NCBI RefSeq assembly: GCF_003334815.1
Contig: NZ_QOWO01000017.1
From: Escherichia coli
GTDB taxonomy: Bacteria; Pseudomonadota; Gammaproteobacteria; Enterobacterales; Enterobacteriaceae
Length of the DNA stretch: 64,000 nucleotides
Reading direction: 5' to 3' (one strand)
Part shown: positions 1 through 15,688 of the stretch, one piece after another
Numbering within the stretch: position 1 is the stretch's first letter
Layout of the letters: each line of letters starts with the position of its first letter
The notes under the pieces: model-generated
What the model was told of the DNA's origin: nothing
The model's input: only the letters and a program-made list of their open reading frames with translations
Databases searched by the model: none
Made by a program: the position numbers and the translations under genes

Positions 1-436
1 GTTTATCCAGGGGTTTGCGGTGGCCTGCTTCTTTATGCCGCTGACCACCATTACGCTGTCTGGTTTGCCACCGGAACGACTGGCGGCGGCATCGAGCCTC
101 TCTAACTTTACGCGAACGCTGGCGGGGTCTATCGGCACGTCGATAACCACGACCATGTGGACCAACCGCGAGTCGATGCACCATGCGCAGTTGACTGAGT
201 CGGTAAACCCGTTCAACCCGAATGCCCAGGCGATGTACAGTCAACTGGAAGGGCTTGGGATGACGCAACAGCAGGCATCAGGCTGGATTGCCCAGCAGAT
301 CACCAATCAGGGGCTGATTATTTCCGCCAATGAGATCTTCTGGATGTCAGCCGGGATATTCCTCGTCCTGCTGGGGCTGGTGTGGTTTGCTAAACCGCCA
401 TTTGGCGCAGGTGGCGGCGGAGGCGGTGCGCACTAA
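1..436 (+). CDS. emrB: Multidrug efflux MFS transporter EmrB, C-terminal part (gene begins upstream of the window)
   Basis: ORF 20..436 translation ends ...GAGGGGGGAH, recognised as EmrB C-terminus; frame is open to the window edge. Confidence 0.85.
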   Translation, partial: FIQGFAVACFFMPLTTITLSGLPPERLAAASSLSNFTRTLAGSIGTSITTTMWTNRESMHHAQLTESVNPFNPNAQAMYSQLEGLGMTQQQASGWIAQQITNQGLIISANEIFWMSAGIFLVLLGLVWFAKPPFGAGGGGGGAH

Positions 437-445
437 GTACAACTA

Positions 446-472
446 AGCCAGTTCATTTGAACTGGCTTTTTT
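446..472 (+). terminator. Rho-independent terminator after emrB
   Basis: Hairpin agccagttca/tgaactggct followed by TTTTTT. Confidence 0.6.
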
Positions 473-499
473 CAATTAATTGTGAAGATAGTTTACTGA

Positions 500-1015
500 C
501 TAGATGTGCAGTTCCTGCAACTTCTCTTTCGGCAGTGCCAGTTCTTCGTTGCTGTTGATGCGTACGTCACGTTCCAGAATGCTACGCGCAATATCCTGCG
601 CTTCCTGCAACGAGTGCATCTGGTAAGTGCCACACTGGTAGACGTTCAGTTCCGGGATCTGATTCTGATCCTGCACTTTCAGCACGTCTTCCATTGCCGC
701 TTTCCAGGCATCAGCAACACGCTGCTCATCTGGCGTACCAATCAGACTCATATAAAAACCGGTGCGGCAGCCCATTGGCGAGATATCGATAATCTCTACA
801 CCATTACCGTTAAGATGGTTACGCATAAAACCAGCAAACAGGTGCTCCAGGGTATGGATCCCTCTTTCTGGCATCACTTCTTTGTTCGGCACGCAGAAGC
901 GCAGATCGAACACGGTGATTGCGTCGCCATGCGGGGTGTTCATTGTTTTCGCCACCCGAACTGCAGGCGCTTCCATCCGGGTATGATCGACTGTGAAGCT
1001 ATCTAACAACGGCAT
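500..1015 (-). CDS. luxS: S-ribosylhomocysteine lyase (autoinducer-2 synthase)
   Basis: 171 aa translation recognised as LuxS, including the HTLEH metal-binding motif. Confidence 0.95.
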
Positions 1016-1083
1016 TTAGCCACCTCCGGTAATTTTTTTAAAAATTTTCTGAACTCTTTCTTCCCAGGCGAGTCTGAGTATAT

Positions 1084-1157
1084 GAAAGACGCGCATTTGT
1101 TATCATCATCCCTGAATTCAGAGATGAAATTTTGGCCACTCACGAGTGGCCTTTTTC
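1084..1157 (+). ncRNA. micA: MicA (SraD) small regulatory RNA
   Basis: Sequence GAAAGACGCGCATTTGTTATCATCATCCCTGAATTCAGAGATGAAATTTTGGCCACTCACGAGTGGCCTTTTT matches MicA as I recall it; ends in a terminator hairpin plus U-tract; lies between luxS and gshA. Confidence 0.85.
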
Positions 1158-1164
1158 TTTTCTG

Positions 1165-2748
<1,584 letters not shown>

Positions 2749-2793
2749 TTAATTAGCATAACTGTAATGGTGACCATATGTGCAGGCCTACAA

Positions 2794-3222
2794 TTAGTGC
2801 CACCACATCATGCCCTGAACGGTCGCTGCTGCAACTGCAACATAGCGTAACGCTTTACCAAGGCACAAAAAAAAGATTACCGGTCCCCACGAGATGCGCA
2901 TCCATCCCGCTAACAGACACAGTAAATCGCCAACCACGGGCATCCAGCTTAATAATAGCGTGACTGCACCATAGCGTTTCAGCCAGCCGGTAGCTTTCTC
3001 TTGCCAGCGCGATGTTTTACGCAATGGAAAGAAACGCCCAAGGATAACGTTAGTTAACCCTCCAAGGCTATTACCCATTGTTGCTGTTAAAACTAAAACC
3101 CAGGGATGACTGATCCCGGAAAGCAACATTGCCACCAGCACGACTTCGGAGTTGCCGGGTAATAGTGTAGCGCTGAGAAAACTACTGGCAAACAACGAGA
3201 AAAGCGATAACGCTTCACTCAC
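2794..3222 (-). CDS. yqaA: DedA/SNARE-associated family inner membrane protein YqaA
   Basis: 142 aa hydrophobic protein; position and sequence match YqaA. Confidence 0.85.
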   Translation of the reverse strand: MSEALSLFSLFASSFLSATLLPGNSEVVLVAMLLSGISHPWVLVLTATMGNSLGGLTNVILGRFFPLRKTSRWQEKATGWLKRYGAVTLLLSWMPVVGDLLCLLAGWMRISWGPVIFFLCLGKALRYVAVAAATVQGMMWWH

Positions 3223-3785
3223 AGCAAGCGAACATCCACGGCGTCCATGCCTGCTGCACGGGCCGCCTGAATACCGAAATCGGCATCTTCAAAGACCACA
3301 CACTGCGTCGGTTGCACGCCCATACGCTGCGCGCACAACAAAAATGTGTCTGGCGCGGGTTTATGGTGTTTGACGTGATCGGCAGCGACGACGGCGTCAA
3401 AATAATGGCGTAATCCCAGGTGCGCCAGCAATGCCTCAGCGATGGCGCTTTCACTCCCCGTTCCTACAGCCATTGGGCGACGACCATGCCAACTTTTCAC
3501 CACATCAACAAGAGGAAGCGGTTCGACGCTATCCAGCAGCATACTTCTTACTGCTTCTGTTTTTTCACGCGCTAACGCATGCGGGTCGAGATCGGCCTGA
3601 TTCAGCTCAATAATTGCCTGAGCAATACGCCAGGTGGGCGATCCATTAAGCGCAATCATCGCCTGAATATCGTACTGAAGACCGTAGTGCCCTAATACTT
3701 CGCGCCACGCTTTACGGTGCGTAGGCTCCGTATCCAGGATTGTGCCATCCATATCAAAAATTAAACCTGCATAACGCTCGTACAT
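3219..3785 (-). CDS. yqaB: HAD-superfamily sugar phosphatase YqaB
   Basis: 188 aa; HAD motif I FDMDGT near the N-terminus; overlaps yqaA stop by 4 nt. Confidence 0.9.
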   Translation of the reverse strand: MYERYAGLIFDMDGTILDTEPTHRKAWREVLGHYGLQYDIQAMIALNGSPTWRIAQAIIELNQADLDPHALAREKTEAVRSMLLDSVEPLPLVDVVKSWHGRRPMAVGTGSESAIAEALLAHLGLRHYFDAVVAADHVKHHKPAPDTFLLCAQRMGVQPTQCVVFEDADFGIQAARAAGMDAVDVRLL

Positions 3786-3932
3786 GGTCTTCTCGCAAGT
3801 CGAAAAATATGACGCTACTTTAGCGTAATTGCTTGATTTTGTCGCTGATGGCGAAGGAGAAGAAAATTCAGGAAATGGATAAAGGAGTTATTTAGAAATG
3901 AGATATTTTTGAAGGAAATTTTTTGGAGAAGA

Positions 3933-3950
3933 TGGTGCATCCGGGAGGAT
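3933..3950 (-). repeat. tRNA-Arg 3'-end fragment (about 17 nt) inside the inter-tRNA repeat unit
   Basis: tggtgcatccgggagga is identical to the 3' end of the full tRNA-Arg copies, then diverges. Confidence 0.7.
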
Positions 3951-4065
3951 GACTCACTGACGTTCGCCCTTCGGGCCGTTGCTGGCGCAACGTTATCCTT
4001 CCTGGTGCCTGCGGTTAATACCGCTATCTCTTCGATACCTTCATTGCTGAAGGTTACGGAGAATA

Positions 4066-4142
4066 TGGTGCATCCGGGAGGATTCGAACCTCCGACCGCT
4101 CGGTTCGTAGCCGAGTACTCTATCCAGCTGAGCTACGGATGC
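4066..4142 (-). tRNA. argV: tRNA-Arg (anticodon ACG)
   Basis: Reverse complement reads GCATCCGTAGCTCAGCTGGATAGAGTACTCGGCTACGAACCGAGCGGTCGGAGGTTCGAATCCTCCCGGATGCACCA. Confidence 0.95.
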
Positions 4143-4205
4143 ATCGGGAAAACTTATTCTACTGCTGATATTGATACCGCTACTAAAGCCATATCAATTA
4201 AGAGA

Positions 4206-4223
4206 TGGTGCATCCGGGAGGAT
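4206..4223 (-). repeat. Second tRNA-Arg 3'-end fragment inside the inter-tRNA repeat unit
   Basis: tggtgcatccgggaggat matches the tRNA-Arg 3' end; the ~275 bp unit is repeated. Confidence 0.7.
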
Positions 4224-4340
4224 TACTCGCCTTGCGGCTCGCCCTTCGGGCCGTTGCTAAAGCAACGTTATCATCCCTAGTGCCTGCGGTTAATACCGCT
4301 ATCTCTTCGATACCTTCATTGCTGAAGGTTACGGAGAATA

Positions 4341-4417
4341 TGGTGCATCCGGGAGGATTCGAACCTCCGACCGCTCGGTTCGTAGCCGAGTACTCTATCC
4401 AGCTGAGCTACGGATGC
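4341..4417 (-). tRNA. argV: tRNA-Arg (anticodon ACG), second copy
   Basis: Identical 77 nt sequence to the copy at 4066..4142. Confidence 0.95.
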
Positions 4418-4420
4418 AAA

Positions 4421-4513
4421 TGGCGGTGAGGCGGGGATTCGAACCCCGGATGCAGCTTTTGACCGCATACTCCCTTAGCAGGGGAGCGCCTTCAGCCTCT
4501 CGGCCACCTCACC
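4421..4513 (-). tRNA. serV: tRNA-Ser (anticodon GCU)
   Basis: Reverse complement reads GGTGAGGTGGCCGAGAGGCTGAAGGCGCTCCCCTGCTAAGGGAGTATGCGGTCAAAAGCTGCATCCGGGGTTCGAATCCCCGCCTCACCGCCA, a long-variable-arm Ser tRNA. Confidence 0.95.
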
Positions 4514-4575
4514 ACACGCCTCTTACGAGTGCTTCGAAGAACTTGTTTATCGCTCATCGTCGCTGCGTGGCGCAC

Positions 4576-4603
4576 ATATTACTTTCTGAGACTTATAAGT
4601 CAA
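4576..4603 (-). promoter_or_regulatory. Putative sigma-70 promoter of the serV-arg tRNA operon (stringent type)
   Basis: Minus strand reads TTGACT, 16 nt, TAATAT, then GC-rich discriminator GTGCGCC, about 55 nt upstream of the tRNA-Ser 5' end. Confidence 0.5.
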
Positions 4604-4828
4604 ACAATTTTTCCTACACTTTTATCGTTTGCACACTTCACGTTCAATTAGTCTGTAAAAACGTCAAAAAGAGTGTTTTATCAACAGAAGAATGGAGGTC
4701 TGACAGATAGTAGTAATGCAAAAAAATGGAGACTTAAGTTGAATGAACGGGAGTAAAGCGAAAAGACTATAGAGTGAAGGAGAAATTTTGAGGGTGCGTC
4801 TCACCGATAAAGATGAGACGCGGAAAGA

Positions 4829-5014
4829 TTAGTAACTGGACTGCTGGGATTTTTCAGCCTGGATACGCTGGTAGATCTCTTCACGGTGAACAGAAACTTC
4901 CTTCGGGGCATTTACGCCAATACGTACCTGGTTGCCCTTTACCCCTAAAACTGTCACGGTGACCTCATCCCCAATCATGAGGGTCTCACCAACTCGACGA
5001 GTCAGAATCAGCAT
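4829..5014 (-). CDS. csrA: Carbon storage regulator CsrA
   Basis: 61 aa translation [48 protein letters not shown]... recognised as CsrA. Confidence 0.97.
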
Positions 5015-5248
5015 TCTTTGCTCCTTGAAAGATTAAAAGAGTCGGGTCTCTCTGTATCCCGGCATTATCCATCATATAACGCCAAAAAGTAAGCAATGAC
5101 AAACACATTACATCTAAGCAGTCATGGCATTACATTCTGTTAAACCTAAGTTTAGCCGATATACACAACTTCAACCTGACTTTATCGTTGTCGATAGCGT
5201 TAATGCGAATGCCGTGAAGCGAGTCCACGGCATTGCCTGACGCTTATA

Positions 5249-7879
5249 TTATTGCAATTTCGCGCTGACCCAGCCTTTCACACTGGCTAACGCTGCAGGT
5301 AAGGCCGCAGCATCCGTACCACCGGCTTGCGCCATGTCAGGACGTCCACCACCCTTGCCGCCCACCTGCTGAGCGACCATACCAATCAGTTCCCCTGCTT
5401 TCACACGATCTGTGACGTCCTTAGATACGCCTGCAATCAGAGAAACCTTACCTTCGACTACCGTTGCCAGCACGATAATTGTCGACCCCAGCTGATTTTT
5501 TAAATCGTCAACCATGGTACGCAACATTTTCGGCTCAACACCGCTAAGCTCGCTAACCAACAGCTTAACACCATTAACATCAATTGCCTTACTGGAAAGA
5601 TTTGCGCTCTCCTGTGCGGCAGCTTGTTCTTTAAGCTGTTGTAACTCTTTTTCCAGCTGACGCGTACGTTCCAGTACTGAGCGCACTTTATCAGCCAGAT
5701 TATTGCTATCGCCTTTCAGCAGATGCGCGACTTCGCTTAAGCGATCGCTGTCTGCATGAACGGTGGCGATAGCACCTTCTCCGGTTACCGCTTCGATACG
5801 ACGAACGCCTGCAGCAGTACCCGATTCAGAGATGATGCGGAACAGACCAATATCACCAGTGCGGCTGGCGTGAGTACCGCCACACAACTCGGTAGAGAAA
5901 TCGCCCATGCTCAGCACGCGTACGCGCTCATCATACTTCTCGCCGAACAGCGCCATCGCACCTTTCGCTTTCGCCGCTTCGAGATCCATGATGTTGGTTT
6001 CGATCGGCAAATTGCGACGAATCTGTGTGTTCACCAGGTCTTCGACCGCACGAATCTCTTCTGGTTTCATCGCTTCGTTGTGTGAGAAGTCGAAGCGCAG
6101 CACCTTGTCGTTAACCAGTGAACCTTTCTGCGATACATGAGTACCCAGAACCTGGCGCAGCGCAGCGTGCATCAGGTGCGTTGCGGAGTGATTCAGACGA
6201 ATACGGGCGCGACGAGCCTCATCAACATCAGCCTGCACCGCGTCGCCCACTTTCAGAGAACCCGCAGCAAGTTTACCGATGTGACCAATCGCCTGGCCGT
6301 ATTTCTGCGTATCTTCCACCGCAAAGGAGAAGTTAGCGCCTTTCAGTTCGCCTTTATCGCCAACCTGACCGCCGGATTCCGCATAGAATGGCGTTTGATC
6401 CAGCACGACCACAGCTTCCTGGCCTGCATTGATGGCATCAACCGCTTTACCATCAACAAACAGCGCAGTCACTTTGCCGTTCAGTTCCAGATGGTCATAG
6501 CCTTTAAATTCAGATGCACTGTCAACACGGATCATTGCGTTGTAATCGGCACCAAAGCCGCTGGCTTCGCGCGCGCGACGACGCTGCTCTTCCATTGCAG
6601 CTTCAAAACCAGCTTCGTCAACTTTGATGTTGCGCTCACGACAAACATCAGCCGTCAGGTCAACCGGGAAGCCATAGGTGTCGTACAGACGGAAAGCAGT
6701 TTCACCATCCAGCGTATCACCAGAAAGTTTTGCCAGCTCTTCATCCAGCAACGCCAGACCGCGCTCCAGAGTACGAGCAAACTGCTCTTCTTCAGTCTTC
6801 AGCACCTGCTCAACCTGCGCCTGCTGGCGTTTCAGGTCTTCACCCGCAGAGCCCATAACGTCGATCAGCGGACCAACCAGTTTGTAGAAGAAGGTTTCTT
6901 TCGCGCCGAGCATATTACCGTGACGCACTGCGCGACGAATGATACGACGCAGTACATAACCACGGTTTTCATTGGACGGCATTACGCCATCCGCGATCAG
7001 GAACGCACAAGAACGAATGTGGTCAGCGATTACGCGCAGCGATTTATTGCTCAGATCGGTTGCGCCAGTGACTTTCGCTACCGCCTGGATCAGCGTGCGG
7101 AACAGGTCGATGTCATAGTTAGAGTTAACGTGTTGCAGCACCGCAGCAATACGCTCCAGACCCATACCGGTATCTACAGACGGCTTCGGCAGCGGTTCCA
7201 TCGTGCCATCGGCCTGGCGGTTGAACTGCATGAAGACGATGTTCCAGATCTCAATGTAGCGGTCGCCGTCTTCTTCCGGGCTTCCCGGAGGGCCCCCCCA
7301 AATGTGGTCGCCGTGATCGTAGAAGATTTCGGTGCACGGGCCGCACGGACCAGTGTCACCCATCTGCCAGAAGTTGTCAGATGCGTATGGCGCACCTTTG
7401 TTATCGCCGATGCGAATAATACGTTCGCGCGGGATCCCTACTTCTTTTTCCCAGATTTCGTAGGCTTCGTCGTCGCTTTCATAGACGGTAACCCACAGAC
7501 GCTCTTTCGGCAGGGCAAACCATTTTTCGCTGGTCAGCAGTTCCCATGCAAACTGAATGGCATCGTGTTTGAAATAGTCGCCGAAGCTGAAGTTGCCCAG
7601 CATTTCGAAGAAGGTATGGTGACGCGCGGTGTAACCGACGTTTTCCAGGTCGTTGTGTTTACCACCCGCACGCACGCAGCGTTGGGAAGTGGTAGCGCGG
7701 GAATAATTACGCTTGTCGAGCCCAAGGAACACATCCTTGAACTGGTTCATCCCGGCGTTGGTAAACAACAAAGTTGGGTCGTTATGGGGTACCAGGGAGC
7801 TGCTGGCAACTACCTGATGTCCCTTACTATGGAAAAAGTCGAGAAACGCCTGACGGATCTCAGCGGTGCTCTTGCTCAT
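5249..7879 (-). CDS. alaS: Alanine--tRNA ligase
   Basis: 876 aa translation recognised as AlaRS (class II motifs, C-terminal editing domain). Confidence 0.97.
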
Positions 7880-8006
7880 AATTATCCTGAAATCAAGCTA
7901 ACGAAATATCGCCACCAGCTCCAGCGTGTCTTAACCGCCGGGCTGGTAACTGAAAAGTGGGAATAAGATAAGTTTTCTTGACTGGGAAGTAAAATACCGT
8001 ATGCGT

Positions 8007-8507
8007 TCAGTCGGCAAAATTTCGCCAAATCTCCTGGATATCTTCCATCAGATAGCCACGATAGAGCAGAAAACGCTGGATCTTAACTTTTTCTGAAAAG
8101 ACAGTTGGCAAAGGTTCGCCATATTTTCGCGTCGCCTGATCGCGCGCCAGTGCGCACCAGTCGATGTCACATTCACGCATCGCTTTTTCTGTCGCTTCGC
8201 GGGAAATACCTTTCTGATTCAGTTCCTGGCGAATACGCGCAGGTCCATAACCTTTGCGGCTACGGCTGGCGATAAAGCGCGCAACAAATCGGCTGTCATC
8301 GAGATAGCCATGTTCATGGCACCAGGCAATAACGCGCTCGTAATCTTCTGCCGTAGCATCAATCTCTTCTGGGCCATTTTTGCCCATAATCGGTGCCGCG
8401 AGTTTACGTCGCAGTTCTTGCTCACTGTGATCGCGCACCGCCAGAATGCGTACCGCACGATCCAACAGGCGAGCATATGCCGGGCGACGGGATGTTGATT
8501 CTGTCAT
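8007..8507 (-). CDS. recX: RecA regulator RecX
   Basis: 166 aa translation recognised as RecX; immediately downstream of recA. Confidence 0.93.
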   Translation of the reverse strand: MTESTSRRPAYARLLDRAVRILAVRDHSEQELRRKLAAPIMGKNGPEEIDATAEDYERVIAWCHEHGYLDDSRFVARFIASRSRKGYGPARIRQELNQKGISREATEKAMRECDIDWCALARDQATRKYGEPLPTVFSEKVKIQRFLLYRGYLMEDIQEIWRNFAD

Positions 8508-8575
8508 GGCATATCCTTACAACTTAAAAAAGCAAAAGGGCCGCAGATGCGACCCTTGTGTATCAAACAAGACGA

Positions 8576-9716
<1,141 letters not shown>

Positions 9717-10217
9717 TCAAGTGTTTTGTAGAAATTGTTGCCACAAGGTCTGCAATGCATACGCAGTAGCCTGACGACGCACCGCATCACGGTCGCCGCT
9801 GAAGCATTCCCGCCGGGTAATGCCTTCACCGCGGGCAGTGGCAAAAGCAAACCAGACGGTGCCGACAGGCTTCTCTTCACTGCCGCCATCCGGCCCGGCG
9901 ATACCACTAATAGACACGGCATAATCAGCACGAGCCGCTTTCAGTGCGCCTATCGCCATTTCCACCACGACGGGTTCACTCACCGCGCCATGCTGCGCCA
10001 GCGTCTCTTCGCGTACGCCGATCATCTGCGCTTTGGCTTCGTTACTGTAGGTGACAAATCCGCGTTCAAACCAGGCGGAGCTACCGGCAATATCGGTAAT
10101 CACTTTCGCTACCCAACCACCGGTACAAGACTCGGCAGTTGTTACGGTTGCGCCACGGGCTTTCAGCGCCTGCCCAACCTGTTCACTTAACTGCATCAGT
10201 TCACTGTCAGTCATCAC
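9717..10217 (-). CDS. pncC: NMN amidohydrolase PncC (CinA-like, formerly YgaD)
   Basis: 166 aa translation recognised as the CinA C-terminal domain protein YgaD/PncC. Confidence 0.9.
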   Translation of the reverse strand: MMTDSELMQLSEQVGQALKARGATVTTAESCTGGWVAKVITDIAGSSAWFERGFVTYSNEAKAQMIGVREETLAQHGAVSEPVVVEMAIGALKAARADYAVSISGIAGPDGGSEEKPVGTVWFAFATARGEGITRRECFSGDRDAVRRQATAYALQTLWQQFLQNT

Positions 10218-10358
10218 AACCTCTGTCAGTCAAAAATTTATGCCGGACAAGATAGCACTTTCGTCAGGAAGATGGTGTTGGCGTTGCAATTTTACGAGGA
10301 GGATTCAGAAAAAAGCTGATTAGCCAGAGGGAAGCTCACGCCCCCCTCTTGTAAATAG

Positions 10359-11444
10359 CTACTGTACTCGCGCCAGCGCCACGGCTTGTCCTAACTGCCA
10401 GACCGCCATTGCGTAATGGGTGCTGTGGTTGTAACGGGTGATGGTGTAGAAGTTCGGCAGACCGTACCAGTACTGGTAGCCGGTGCCAACATCCAGACGC
10501 AGCAGGCTGGCTTGTTGATGGTTGCCCAGCGGCTGCTGTGGCGTTAAACCTGCGGCGGCAAGCTGCGAAATGCTGTACTTAGTTTTGAAGCCATTTGGCA
10601 AGCCTGGAGCCTGACCGTTTGCCATTACCGCGACCTGATCGCCTTTCACCCAGCCGTGCGCTTTGAAATAGTTCGCCACGCTACCGATCGCATCAACCGG
10701 ATCCCACAGGTTGATATGCCCGTCGCCGCTGAAATCTACCGCATATTGTTTGTAAGACGACGGCATAAACTGTCCGTAGCCCATCGCCCCGGCAAAGGAA
10801 CCTTTCAGATTGAGCGGATCGTCCTGCTCGTCGCGCGCCATCAACAGGAAGGTTTCCAGCTCGCCAGAGAAATACTCCGCGCGGCGTGGGTAGTTAAATG
10901 ACAGCGTTGCCAGCGCATCGAGGATGCGAGTTTTCCCCATCACGCGCCCCCAGCGGGTTTCAACGCCGATAATCCCGACGATAATTTCCGGCGGTACTCC
11001 ATACACCTGCCACGCGCGATTCAACGCATCTTCATACTGATTCCAGAAAACCACACCGTTCTGCACGTTGTCCGGCGTAATAAATTTTTTGCGATAACGG
11101 AGCCATGCGCCGTTCGGACCTGATGGCGGTTTCACCGATGTGGTTGGTGCCTGGTTATCCATCAGCCGCAGTACCGAATCCAGACGCTTCGCCTGGGAGA
11201 GAATTTCCTGCAACTGCTGACGATCGAAACCGTGTTTGTTCACCATTTTGTCGATGAACTGCTGGGCATTCGGGTTATTAGCGAAATCGCCGCCCATCTG
11301 CATCACATTGTGCTGCGGCTCAAGCAGGAAGCCGCCAGACGGCGTTCCGGTGGTCGTATCAGTCTCAGTAGGTTTTGGCTTGCTGCTACAGGCGGCAAGC
11401 AACACAAAAAGGGGAAGCAATGTTACATAACGACGCTTGAACAT
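10359..11444 (-). CDS. mltB: Membrane-bound lytic murein transglycosylase B
   Basis: Translation recognised as MltB; start set at MFKRRYVTLLPLFVLLAACSS (lipoprotein signal and lipobox); ORF track extends 35 codons upstream. Confidence 0.92.
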   Translation of the reverse strand: MFKRRYVTLLPLFVLLAACSSKPKPTETDTTTGTPSGGFLLEPQHNVMQMGGDFANNPNAQQFIDKMVNKHGFDRQQLQEILSQAKRLDSVLRLMDNQAPTTSVKPPSGPNGAWLRYRKKFITPDNVQNGVVFWNQYEDALNRAWQVYGVPPEIIVGIIGVETRWGRVMGKTRILDALATLSFNYPRRAEYFSGELETFLLMARDEQDDPLNLKGSFAGAMGYGQFMPSSYKQYAVDFSGDGHINLWDPVDAIGSVANYFKAHGWVKGDQVAVMANGQAPGLPNGFKTKYSISQLAAAGLTPQQPLGNHQQASLLRLDVGTGYQYWYGLPNFYTITRYNHSTHYAMAVWQLGQAVALARVQ

Positions 11445-11681
11445 GAGGGGTCCATTTAACAGATTCAACCAGGGGCAAGTATGGTAAAGCATCACGCCCC
11501 GCACAAGGAAGCGGTAGTCACTGCCCGATACGGACTTTACATAACTCAACTCATTCCCCTCGCTATCCTTTTATTCAAACTTTCAAATTAAAATATTTAT
11601 CTTTCATTTTGCGATCAAAATAACACTTTTAAATCTTTCAATCTGATTAGATTAGGTTGCCGTTTGGTAATAAAACAATAA

Positions 11682-13219
<1,538 letters not shown>

Positions 13220-13229
13220 AGGCTGAAAC

Positions 13230-14384
<1,155 letters not shown>

Positions 14385-14428
14385 TCAACAGCGGAGATCC
14401 ATTAAGGATCTCCGTGAGACTATAGAAT

Positions 14429-14453
14429 GCCTGATGCGCTACGCTCATCAGGC
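14429..14453. repeat. REP-like palindromic element between srlD and gutM
   Basis: gcctgatgcgctacgctcatcaggc has inverted arms GCCTGATG/CATCAGGC, typical of REP units. Confidence 0.5.
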
Positions 14454-14488
14454 ATACAGGACTTCCGCCACTACATTAAGGAAAAGTT

Positions 14489-14848
14489 ATGGTATCCGCA
14501 CTCATCACCGTCGCCGTTATCGCCTGGTGTGCGCAACTGGCCTTAGGCGGCTGGCAAATTTCTCGTTTTAACCGTGCCTTCGACACACTATGCCAGCAAG
14601 GGCGGGTTGGCGTGGGCCGTTCCAGCGGGCGCTTTAAACCGCGGGTCGTGGTCGCCATCGCGCTGGACGATCAGCAGCGCATCGTCGACACCTTGTTTAT
14701 GAAAGGACTGACCGTCTTCGCCCGACCGCAAAAAATTCCCGCAATTACCGGTATGCATGCGGGTGATTTACAGCCCGATGTGATCTTTCCCCATGATCCA
14801 CTATCACAGAATGCTCTATCATTGGCGCTTAAACTGAAACGTGGATAA
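14489..14848 (+). CDS. gutM: Glucitol operon activator GutM
   Basis: 119 aa translation recognised as GutM; position between srlD and srlR. Confidence 0.9.
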   Translation: MVSALITVAVIAWCAQLALGGWQISRFNRAFDTLCQQGRVGVGRSSGRFKPRVVVAIALDDQQRIVDTLFMKGLTVFARPQKIPAITGMHAGDLQPDVIFPHDPLSQNALSLALKLKRG

Positions 14849-14914
14849 TTTCGTTGTGAATGTTACTTGCTTGCGAAGTTATCATTTTGAAACCTAAATC
14901 AGGTAATCACGCCC

Positions 14915-15688
14915 ATGAAACCTCGTCAGCGTCAGGCCGCCATTCTGGAGTATCTGCAAAAGCAGGGTAAATGCTCGGTTGAAGAATTGGCGCAATACTT
15001 TGACACCACAGGCACAACCATTCGCAAAGATCTGGTCATTCTGGAACATGCCGGAACCGTCATTCGTACTTATGGCGGAGTGGTGTTGAATAAAGAGGAA
15101 TCCGATCCGCCTATCGATCATAAAACACTCATCAACACCCACAAGAAAGAGCTGATTGCAGAAGCTGCCGTTAGTTTTATCCATGATGGCGATTCGATCA
15201 TTCTTGATGCTGGCAGTACCGTTTTGCAGATGGTTCCCCTGCTCTCGCGCTTTAATAACATCACGGTGATGACCAACAGCCTGCATATCGTCAATGCGCT
15301 ATCCGAACTGGATAACGAACAAACTATCCTGATGCCAGGCGGAACGTTTCGCAAAAAATCGGCCTCATTTCACGGGCAACTGGCAGAGAATGCCTTCGAG
15401 CATTTCACCTTCGATAAATTGTTTATGGGCACCGACGGCATCGATCTCAATGCGGGCGTAACCACCTTTAACGAGGTTTATACCGTCAGTAAGGCAATGT
15501 GCAATGCCGCGCGCGAAGTGATTTTGATGGCGGACTCATCAAAGTTTGGCCGTAAAAGCCCCAACGTAGTTTGCAGTCTTGAAAGCGTCGATAAGCTGAT
15601 TACCGACGCAGGTATCGATCCGGCGTTTCGTCAGGCGCTGGAAGAGAAAGGGATCGATGTGATCATAACCGGAGAGAGCAATGAGTGA
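14915..15688 (+). CDS. srlR: DeoR-family glucitol operon repressor
   Basis: 257 aa; N-terminal HTH plus DeoR sugar-binding domain; recognised as SrlR/GutR. Confidence 0.93.

Noticed and set aside
3933-4223. tRNA 3'-end fragments as evidence of an integrated genomic island or prophage at a tRNA attachment site
   Set aside because: No integrase, direct-repeat-bounded foreign DNA or compositional shift nearby; the fragments are part of the tandem tRNA repeat unit itself
3909-4710. ORFs of 123, 74 and 98 aa overlapping the tRNA-Arg/tRNA-Ser cluster
   Set aside because: They are translations of the tRNA genes and their repeated spacers (the repeated peptide MVHPGGFEPPTARFVAEYSIQLSYGC is the tRNA antisense read as protein); not coding
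6137-7966. 609 aa ORF on the plus strand, antisense to alaS
   Set aside because: Lies entirely inside the well-supported alaS gene on the opposite strand; translation is low-complexity with no recognisable domains; long antisense ORFs are a common artefact of codon bias in long highly expressed genes
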